In this document: positions 1-6,823 of the stretch, piece after piece
Layout of the letters: each line of letters starts with the position of its first letter
Position numbering within the stretch: the stretch's first letter is position 1
Source of the DNA: Gemmatimonadota bacterium
Lineage (GTDB): Bacteria > Latescibacterota > UBA2968 > UBA8231
Reading direction: 5' to 3'
Length of the DNA: 14,989 bases
NCBI GenBank assembly: GCA_038128265.1
Contig: JAYPJE010000080.1
Location: 1-14,989, forward strand
Notes under the pieces: model-generated
The model's input: only the letters and a program-made list of their open reading frames with translations
Databases searched by the model: none
What the model was told of the DNA's origin: nothing
Program-made: the position numbers and the translations under genes

Positions 1-1307
1 GAGCGCGGCGTGTCGGCCGGCCAGTAGGACCCATCCATATCTTCCTTCCACGGCGTGCCGCACATATTGGTGAGAATATGCCACTCGGCCGCGCCTGGCT
101 CGGGGTCGGGATGGAAGAGAAAGCGCTGGAGACCGGCCTGGCGCGAGGCGTCCAATATCTTATACAGATCGCGCGCCGGCATGGCATCGCCGGCGTGCGG
201 TGCCCGTCCGGTAGACACCCAGCAGATAGTCTTGTCGGGGCCGATGGCCTCTAGGGCCCGCTGCGTCTCGCCGTAGACAACCTGCGAGAAGAATTCGTCG
301 GGGAATCCCATCTCCATATCGAGCAGGCAGTGCACGCCGGGCAGTTCAATACCGAAGAGCGCGCGCACGACGGCCAGTCCGTCGGCTTCGCTGAGCGTGG
401 GATTCCAATCGAGGAGCCGCTGCACCCAGCGCGCGACCGTGCCGTAGAGGCCGTCAAAGCCGCGGTGCCAGTAGTAGTGCTTGGGAAAGACGTAGTCAAA
501 GAGTCGGCCCATCTCGACGTAGTCCTGGCAGGTCAGCGACGAAAACGCCGCCGTGCGCGGGATGCCGCCCAGCTCGACTTTGCGATTGAGTCCGGGGAGT
601 TGCCCTGCCAAGCCCTCCATATAGCCGAGCGCCATTTGCCGCCGCGCGCGCAGCCAGTAGATCACGTCCTCGTTGATATCGAAGAGCTGCATGCCGGCCA
701 GCGTGCCGGCCGCCGCCTGGTAGCGCACGGCCGCCGGCGTCAGCCCCTGCAGGCTGGTGCGCAGGTGGTCGATGCCGCGCTGTAAGCGCCCCAGTTCAAA
801 GCCGAGCGCGGCAAAGCGCTCCTCGCTGCCAGGGCGGATTTCCAGCAGTTCGCCGCCGTGGTGGAAGGCCAACTCGTAGTGCTGCTCGCCGGGCCCGTCC
901 TGCACGATGCCGTGTGCCTGCGGCAGGGCGTTCATGGTGTCTTGGATGCGCGCGGCATAGGAAATGACGCCGTGTGGGTCGTCTTCGATGGGCAGGCTAC
1001 CGCCACCGCCGCCGGCGTAAAAGGTCATAATGTGCCAGCCGCGTGCGGCCGCGTTGTCGAGCATGGCCTGAAACTTCCTCTCCTTTTCCGGATCGCGTGG
1101 CCCATCTTCTGGTGGCGCAATGCCAAAGGATGTATACACCGCCGGGTCGGAGTGAAAGGTGGGCAGGCTCTCGCCGTTTTCTCCGCGAAAGCGCAGGTAG
1201 CCGACGACGATGCCGCGCACGCCGCCCGCTTCCCAAGCGTCAAAGATGCGCTCGTAGTCGTCTAGGTAGCGTTCGAGAGGATCGTGCACAAAAATCCAGG
1301 CTTCCAT
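1..1307 (-). CDS. Partial (3' end beyond window) hypothetical protein, probable glycoside-hydrolase-like (beta/alpha)8 barrel (GHL10/DUF187-like), at least 435 aa
   Basis: Absent from the ORF track because there is no stop in the window. Manual translation from ATG 1307 (SD AGGAG at 1318-1314, 6-nt spacer) is open to position 3: MEAWIFVHDPLERYLDDYERIFDAWEAGGVRGIVVG...HGIVQDGPGE...YWLRARRQ...QDYVEMGRLFDYVFPKHYY...SYWPADTPR. The segments GIVQD, WLRARR and QDY...DYVFPKHY resemble GHL10-type motifs. The ORF is secure; the family is tentative. Confidence 0.75.
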   Translation of the reverse strand, partial: MEAWIFVHDPLERYLDDYERIFDAWEAGGVRGIVVGYLRFRGENGESLPTFHSDPAVYTSFGIAPPEDGPRDPEKERKFQAMLDNAAARGWHIMTFYAGGGGGSLPIEDDPHGVISYAARIQDTMNALPQAHGIVQDGPGEQHYELAFHHGGELLEIRPGSEERFAALGFELGRLQRGIDHLRTSLQGLTPAAVRYQAAAGTLAGMQLFDINEDVIYWLRARRQMALGYMEGLAGQLPGLNRKVELGGIPRTAAFSSLTCQDYVEMGRLFDYVFPKHYYWHRGFDGLYGTVARWVQRLLDWNPTLSEADGLAVVRALFGIELPGVHCLLDMEMGFPDEFFSQVVYGETQRALEAIGPDKTICWVSTGRAPHAGDAMPARDLYKILDASRQAGLQRFLFHPDPEPGAAEWHILTNMCGTPWKEDMDGSYWPADTPR

Positions 1308-1357
1308 ATCGGTCTCCTGAGGCAGGTGGTCTGCGAAGCTGCGTGCTGATGCCAGCA

Positions 1358-1386
1358 AGGATAATGCATGGGGATCTCGCCATCAA
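1358..1386 (-). promoter_or_regulatory. Candidate sigma70-type promoter for the GH-like gene
   Basis: Minus strand TTGATG (1386-1381), 17-nt spacer, TATCCT (1363-1358), about 50 nt upstream of ATG 1307. Confidence 0.4.
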
Positions 1387-1402
1387 TCGGCGGATGGGTT
1401 CA

Positions 1403-1432
1403 TTGGTCGCGTCGTCTGTGCGATCCTATATT
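1403..1432 (+). promoter_or_regulatory. Candidate sigma70-type promoter for the phosphoesterase-LDH2-PhyH run
   Basis: TTGGTC (1403-1408), 18-nt spacer, TATATT (1427-1432), in the 206-nt divergent intergenic region. Confidence 0.4.
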
Positions 1433-1451
1433 GTCGCTACGTCGATCGCAC
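1418..1451. repeat. Perfect 8-bp inverted repeat flanking the candidate -10 box
   Basis: GTGCGATC (1418-1425) and GATCGCAC (1444-1451), with an 18-nt spacer that contains TATATT. Confidence 0.45.
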
Positions 1452-1513
1452 TAAACTCGCGCGCCTGTTCTGTCCCGTTGAACGTGCAGTGAGGCGCTGT
1501 AAGTGGAGGGAGC

Positions 1514-2602
1514 ATGGCCAGCAGCAATACCTTTGCCCTGTGGGTTTTTGGTGACGCGCACGTCGGCACGGACCTAGCGCGCGCCAATCGACGCAGCCTA
1601 GCCGATGCGCTGCGCACATCCGAACGGGGAGGTGATTGTGGAGGACCGCCGTTCGATTGGGATATTGCCATCGATATCGGCGATATGTCGGGCGGGCAAG
1701 CCGTGCCCGACGACGAAGAGGGCCGCGAAGTCGTGCGGCAGTTTTCCGTTTTGGAACGGCACCAGCGCGAGGACATCTACAGTATTTGCGGCAACCACGA
1801 CCGCAGCGGCCTCGACGAGCCGCCGGCTTGGTGGTGGCAAAAGTGGGTCGATCCGATGGGGGCCCATACGGCCTATTCCGGTGTTGATCCTAGCCGCCGT
1901 CCCTATCCGCTGATGGGCACGTGGGAGCGCTACAGCTTTACCGTCGGCAACGTGCTCTTTCTGTTGATGAGCGATATCAACGAGCCATCGCAAACGGTAG
2001 GACGCGGCACGCTGGGCGGCAATCCAGCCGGCGTGGTAACGGGCGAGACCTTCACTTGGTGGAAGGAGCAGGTGGCGGCCCATCCCGAGCACATTATTGT
2101 GTCGGCACACCACTACATGCTCAAGAACACGACCGTGGCCTCTGGAGATTGGGAAGGTCTGAAAAAGGACGCTGACGGCACCTGGCAGAGTCACTATCAC
2201 GGCTACAAGCCGCAGGGTGCTCCTATCGGCGCATCGTATTTGTACTTTGTCGACAGCCAGCCCGATTCGGGTGCGTTCGAGCACTATTTGGCGTCGCATC
2301 CTGGCTCGGTAGATCTGTGGTTTGGCGGTCATACCCATACGCACCCGGACGATACGCACGGCGGAAAGTCGCACGTCGAAACCAAGTGGGGCGGAACGCA
2401 CTTTATCAACGCGGCCTGCTTGAGCCGCTACCACGGGCCGGAAAACGTGCCTAAGAGCCGTCTGCTGACGTTTGAAGAAGGCAGCAATACGGTGCGCGTG
2501 CAGTGCTATATGCACAGCGACGAGTTTCTGCCGCAGGGCTGGTACGATCGCGCCGAGCGCACGCTCCAGCTGACGCGTCCCTTCCGTTGGACGGCGCCAT
2601 AA
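1514..2602 (+). CDS. Calcineurin-like metallophosphoesterase, 362 aa
   Basis: All five motifs in order: GDAH (D14,H16), GD (D57), GNHD (93-96), HH (199-200), GHTH (272-275). SD GGAGG upstream; no signal peptide. Confidence 0.9.
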   Translation: MASSNTFALWVFGDAHVGTDLARANRRSLADALRTSERGGDCGGPPFDWDIAIDIGDMSGGQAVPDDEEGREVVRQFSVLERHQREDIYSICGNHDRSGLDEPPAWWWQKWVDPMGAHTAYSGVDPSRRPYPLMGTWERYSFTVGNVLFLLMSDINEPSQTVGRGTLGGNPAGVVTGETFTWWKEQVAAHPEHIIVSAHHYMLKNTTVASGDWEGLKKDADGTWQSHYHGYKPQGAPIGASYLYFVDSQPDSGAFEHYLASHPGSVDLWFGGHTHTHPDDTHGGKSHVETKWGGTHFINAACLSRYHGPENVPKSRLLTFEEGSNTVRVQCYMHSDEFLPQGWYDRAERTLQLTRPFRWTAP

Positions 2603-2682
2603 ATAGGCGTGCAGCACCAGTAGACCGCTATGGTAAGTGAGAGATTCGAAGTGAATGCTACGTTGAGAACAGAAGGCAACAA

Positions 2683-3750
2683 ATGGCTCTATTGCCCCCC
2701 TTTGTAGCGCGCATCGCACACGCCGAGCTCGTCGACTTCTGCGCGCGCTGCCTGCAGGCTGTCGGCATGGGTCCGGCGGATGCGCGGCTAACGGCCCAAG
2801 TACTCGCAGATACCGATGCGCGCGGCATTCACACGCACGGCACGGCGTCGCTGCGCCGCTACGTCCAGCTGATGCGCGACGGCGGCATCGACCCGCGCGC
2901 CGAGCCCGCGGTGACGAACGAAGGTCCGGCCTGGGCGCAGATGGATGCGGGCCAGGCGGTGGGCATGGTCGCCGGTCAGCGCGCCATGGTTCGGGTCATC
3001 GACAAGGCAAAAGAGACGGGGATCGGTCTGGTGACGGTGCGCCGCAGCAACCACTTTGGCGCGGCTTCGGCCTATGCGATGATGGCACTAGAGCACGGCA
3101 TGGCCGCGCTGGCCATGAGCAATACCGACGTGGTCATGAACCTGCCGGGCGGTCGCGGCCCGCAGTTGGGCAACAATCCGCTGTCCTACGCAATTCCGGC
3201 AGGGAAGTATCCGCCGCTGGTGTTGGACATCGCCATGAGCACGGTGGCCGGTGGCAAGGTGCACTCGGCCGCGGCGCAGGGAAAGGGCATACCGGCCGAT
3301 TGGTTGACCGACGCCGAGGGCCGGCCGACGAGCGATCCGGCTCCCTTTGGTAACGGTGGTGCGCTGACGCCCTTTGCCGCCCACAAGGGCTACGGTTTGG
3401 CACTATTGGTCGAATGCTTTTCCGGCGCGCTGGCCGGTGCGGCTATGACGCTCGACGTGCTGTCGTGGGCCAAGGTCTCGGATGCACCCTGCGACGAGGG
3501 GCACGCCTTTATCGCGCTCGACGTGGCGGCGATGATGCCCCAGGAGCAGTTTGAGGCGCGCGTCGACGAACTGATTGAGCGCATGCATGCTGCACCCAGA
3601 GCCGATGGTGTAGAACGCATCTACGTGCCCGGCGAAATCGAATGGGAATGCGAGAGGGAATCCGCGGAGCACGGTGTGCCGCTGACGCAGTTGACTGTCG
3701 ACAGCCTGCGGGGATTGGCCGCTGACGTTGGTATAGAGGCTCCTTTCTAA
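2683..3750 (+). CDS. LDH2 (Ldh_2; AllD/YiaK/ComC/DpkA-like) NAD(P)-dependent oxidoreductase, 355 aa
   Basis: Family motifs DARGIHTHG, SNHFG, GNNPLSYAIP, LDIAMS, HKGYGL, YVPGE. Confidence 0.93.
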   Translation: MALLPPFVARIAHAELVDFCARCLQAVGMGPADARLTAQVLADTDARGIHTHGTASLRRYVQLMRDGGIDPRAEPAVTNEGPAWAQMDAGQAVGMVAGQRAMVRVIDKAKETGIGLVTVRRSNHFGAASAYAMMALEHGMAALAMSNTDVVMNLPGGRGPQLGNNPLSYAIPAGKYPPLVLDIAMSTVAGGKVHSAAAQGKGIPADWLTDAEGRPTSDPAPFGNGGALTPFAAHKGYGLALLVECFSGALAGAAMTLDVLSWAKVSDAPCDEGHAFIALDVAAMMPQEQFEARVDELIERMHAAPRADGVERIYVPGEIEWECERESAEHGVPLTQLTVDSLRGLAADVGIEAPF

Positions 3751-3800
3751 ACGATACAGACCGCGTTTTATGACGCACATTTAACGGAGAGTGATGACCT

Positions 3801-4685
3801 ATGGCGATGACGACCATGCGCGACGTGCAGCCCTATGTAGACTCGACGCCGCTGCTGCACGACGCGGAGGCGCTCAGACAGCGCGCGCGCGCAGACGGCT
3901 GTTTGTTCTTCAAGGGACTGTTGCCCCAGAGCGATGTGCTCGATGTGCGCGGGCAGGTGCTCGACGTCTGCCGGCAGCACGGCTGGCTGGTAGAGGGCAG
4001 CGATCCGATGCAGGGCGTGGTGCGCGCCGAGCGCGCGGTGATCGAATCGGGCGATCCGCGCTGGCAGGCCTTTTACTGCGACGTGCTCAAACTGCGCGCC
4101 TTCAACGCGCTGGCGCTGCACGAGAAAATCATCGACGCGCTGGGCGTGCTCTTTGGCGAAGCGGTGCTGCCGCACAGCCGCAATATCTGTCGGGCGATGT
4201 TTCCGCAGACGCAAACGCATTCGACGCCGCCGCATCAGGACCACTTCTACATTGGCGGCAGCGACGAGACGTGGACGGCGTGGATTCCCTTGGGCGACTG
4301 CCCGGCCGAACTGGGCTCGCTGGCAGTGGCGTGCGGCACGCATGCGGGCGGCTTTATACGCGATGTGCACGAGGCGAAAGGAGCCGGAGGGCGCGCCGTC
4401 GATGTGGCGGAGGAGGCGGCGTGGTTCGGCGGCGATTTCGCGTGTGGCGATGCGCTCTTTGTGCACAGCTTGGCCGTTCACCAGGGCCGCGACAACGAGA
4501 CGGCCGATCGACTGCGCCTGTCGGTGGACTATCGCTACCAGCCGCAGAGCCACCCCGTGCGCGCAGACTCGCTGCTGCCGCATATGGGTTGGCTGGGCTG
4601 GGAAGATATTTACGCAGGCTGGGACGCCGATGATCCGCTGCGCTACTACTGGCAGGCGTGGAACCTAGACGTGCAGGCGCGCTAG
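3801..4685 (+). CDS. PhyH-family Fe(II)/2-oxoglutarate dioxygenase, PtlH-like, 294 aa
   Basis: Facial triad HQD (H145,D147) plus H227; WIPL; G.LAV..GTH; 2OG-binding R239 in RLSVDYRY. The exact start (3801, 3807 or 3816) is uncertain. Confidence 0.92.
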   Translation: MAMTTMRDVQPYVDSTPLLHDAEALRQRARADGCLFFKGLLPQSDVLDVRGQVLDVCRQHGWLVEGSDPMQGVVRAERAVIESGDPRWQAFYCDVLKLRAFNALALHEKIIDALGVLFGEAVLPHSRNICRAMFPQTQTHSTPPHQDHFYIGGSDETWTAWIPLGDCPAELGSLAVACGTHAGGFIRDVHEAKGAGGRAVDVAEEAAWFGGDFACGDALFVHSLAVHQGRDNETADRLRLSVDYRYQPQSHPVRADSLLPHMGWLGWEDIYAGWDADDPLRYYWQAWNLDVQAR

Positions 4686-5938
4686 TCCCAGACGGGCCAA
4701 TCGCGCTCTTGTAGCTGCGTCCAGATCTGCGTGAAGTCGTCGCTGCCGTCGTCTTCCCACTCGCGCAGGCGCACGCCGGGTGCGAACGCTTCGTCGACGC
4801 CCCTCTTCATCAGATCTTCGGCCTGCTGTAAGCTGCGGTAGTAGTGCCGGATGCCGCCGGGCAGCTCCACGACAGAGACGTGGCGCGGCCACTGCACGGG
4901 TTGGGTATCCCGGTAGCGCGCGACGGCATCCTCGTCCAGTTCGACGCCGAGCCCGGGGCCTTCGGGCACGCGCATAAAACCGCGCTGCACGTCCAACGGC
5001 TGCGCGATGAGGTCGTCCTCGTACGAGTGACTGGCCGTTACGCCCGGCAGCGTCGCCGTATGCATGACGGCACCCAACTGGCAGGCAAAGGCACTGGTGA
5101 TACCCGTGCCGACATACTGCAAGAGAATCGGCGTGTTGGCCGCGGCGAAAGCCCACGAAGCGGCTAGCGCATTGCGCACGTTTTCGTGGCTGCACAGCGC
5201 GCCGTCAAAATCGCCGGCGCGCAGGCCCAGCCACGGCCCGGACGGCTGGCGCGAGGGGCCGTCGAAGATCGTGCTGACACCGTGCAGGTAAAAGGGTATG
5301 CGAATTTCGCGGTGCAGGCGCCGCCAGCCCTCCACGTCGTAGGCGAAGATGGGCTCTTCGACGCCCTTGACCACCGGTATCTTTTCGAGCGCGCGCAGCA
5401 CCGGCAGCGCCTTTTCTACGCTGATCAGCGCGCCGTTAAAGTCGAACTCAACGCGGAAATCGGGTGGGGCGACCTGCTGCATGGCCTCGGCCTGCTCGAC
5501 GACGTCGTAAAAGGCGCGCGCCTTGCACTTGAGGCCGCGGTAGCCGCGCTCGGCGGCCATTTCCACTTCGCGCGCTGAATCTTCTGGCGACATGCAGGGC
5601 ATCCACCAGCCCATACTCACCCACTGCCGCCGCTGCTGGCCCATCAGCTTCCAAGCCGGCTGTCCCAGGTGTTTGCCCATCAGGTCATAGCAGGCCATGT
5701 CCAAATTGAACGGCCCCGTACCCATTACGTGGTCAAAGGGATCGCTGCCCAAATAGGGCGCTAGCTGTGTCGGGTCGAAGGGGGGTCCAACGCGCTCGCC
5801 CAGTCCGACTAGACCGGTGTCGGTGTAGAATTTGTAGAGCGTCAACTCCTCCGTCATGGCGAAGTGGTAGTACGCTTTGCGGATGCGCTCTTCGTAGGGT
5901 ATGCGCAGCGCGATGGCTTCAATGTCGACGATTTTCAC
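4682..5938 (-). CDS. Mandelate racemase/muconate lactonizing enzyme (enolase) superfamily protein, atypical, 418 aa
   Basis: TDTGLVGLGE, DMACYDLMGK, KCK (K137,K139), DFN (D166), EEP (E194), PEGPGLGVELDE. GTG start with SD GGAG at 5950-5947. Confidence 0.9.
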   Translation of the reverse strand: MKIVDIEAIALRIPYEERIRKAYYHFAMTEELTLYKFYTDTGLVGLGERVGPPFDPTQLAPYLGSDPFDHVMGTGPFNLDMACYDLMGKHLGQPAWKLMGQQRRQWVSMGWWMPCMSPEDSAREVEMAAERGYRGLKCKARAFYDVVEQAEAMQQVAPPDFRVEFDFNGALISVEKALPVLRALEKIPVVKGVEEPIFAYDVEGWRRLHREIRIPFYLHGVSTIFDGPSRQPSGPWLGLRAGDFDGALCSHENVRNALAASWAFAAANTPILLQYVGTGITSAFACQLGAVMHTATLPGVTASHSYEDDLIAQPLDVQRGFMRVPEGPGLGVELDEDAVARYRDTQPVQWPRHVSVVELPGGIRHYYRSLQQAEDLMKRGVDEAFAPGVRLREWEDDGSDDFTQIWTQLQERDWPVWD

Positions 5939-5944
5939 GGGGCA

Positions 5945-6004
5945 CTCTCCCGGGGAAGAGGGAATGGCAACTGCGTGCAGTATACGCAGCGGTGTAAGCG
6001 CGCG
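5945..6004 (-). promoter_or_regulatory. Candidate internal -10 box and SD-occluding hairpin upstream of the enolase-like gene
   Basis: TATACT at 5984-5979 with a poor -35. The predicted leader contains CUCUUC-CCCG-GGAGAG (5960-5945), which pairs the SD. Confidence 0.3.
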
Positions 6005-6823
6005 CTACTCGGCTTGGCAGCGCGGACAGTAGTAGAGCCGGCGGCTATTGACGCTGATCTTGTCGATGGCCTCGCCGCACTCGTAGCAGGCCTCGCCCTG
6101 GCGGGCAAAGACCCAGTGGCGGCTCTCGGCAAAAGTGCGTCCGGCCTTTCGCATGGCTCTATAGCTAGCTAGGTCGTTAGTCACGCCCTGCGTGTCGTAG
6201 GACTGTTGCGTCAGGGCTAGCGTGTTCTGGGCGAGGGCCGCTCGCGCCGCGCTGGATACGTCGCCCAGGCGGCGCAGGGGATGGACGCGTGCGCAGAACA
6301 GGATTTCGCTGCGCAGATAGTTGCCCAGGCCGGCGAGGAACCCCTGGTCTAACAGCAGCGCGCCGAGCTGGCGTCGTTGGAATTGCGGCTCGGCGTAGCG
6401 GGTCGCAATCGTCTCGCTTGTCGTTTCGCTATCGAGGACGTCCGGACCGAGCTTGCTGAGAAAGGGGTGGGTCGCCATACCGCCTCCGTCGAGTACTTCA
6501 ATGTCGGAGGCCGAGTAGAGCAGGCAGGCGTGGCGACGGGTGTGAAGGGCCAGGCGCAGCTGGCGGCCCGTTTCGGGCTCTGCGCCGCGCTCTGCGACAA
6601 ACCAGCGACCGTAGAGCTGGTTGTGCGAATAGATGGTGCGATCGCCCAGCTCCGTCAGCAGCGCCTTGCCGCGCGGCCGCACGCGCTTGACCCTGCGCCC
6701 GCATAGGGCCGATTCCCACGGCTTGAGATGGTCGAAGGCGAAAAAAACGTCTACGAGTTTCTTGCCGACTAAGGCGTCGCCCAGCTCGTCGGCGACGCGC
6801 TTGATTTCTGGTCCTTCTGGCAC
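6005..6823 (-). CDS. nei: Endonuclease VIII (Fpg/Nei DNA glycosylase/AP lyase), 272 aa
   Basis: N-terminal MPEGPE (catalytic Pro2/Glu3), RGKALL, the Nei-type HNQLYG loop, H2TH motif LLDQGFLAGLGNYLRSE, and C-terminal Zn finger CYEC...CPRCQ. GTG start directly after the yejF TGA. Confidence 0.93.
   Translation of the reverse strand: MPEGPEIKRVADELGDALVGKKLVDVFFAFDHLKPWESALCGRRVKRVRPRGKALLTELGDRTIYSHNQLYGRWFVAERGAEPETGRQLRLALHTRRHACLLYSASDIEVLDGGGMATHPFLSKLGPDVLDSETTSETIATRYAEPQFQRRQLGALLLDQGFLAGLGNYLRSEILFCARVHPLRRLGDVSSAARAALAQNTLALTQQSYDTQGVTNDLASYRAMRKAGRTFAESRHWVFARQGEACYECGEAIDKISVNSRRLYYCPRCQAE

Noticed and set aside
55..1492. Short ORFs in the left 1.5 kb
   Set aside because: Explained as shadows of the long minus-strand gene starting at 1307.
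1598..2719. 373-aa antisense ORF
   Set aside because: Shadow frame of the metallophosphoesterase with no motifs; long antisense ORFs are expected at high GC.
3763..3776. GCGT/ACGC mini-hairpin between the LDH2 and PhyH genes as a terminator
   Set aside because: The stem is only 4-5 bp with no proper U-tract.
3768..4633. 271-aa (-) and 280-aa (+) ORFs overlapping the PhyH gene
   Set aside because: Alternative-frame shadows, the + one Arg/Ala-rich; only the 3801 frame has the catalytic triad.
4682..5938. Assignment as L-Ala-D/L-Glu dipeptide epimerase because it follows a peptide transporter
   Set aside because: It lacks the second catalytic Lys and the strand-8 DxD motif of dipeptide epimerases.
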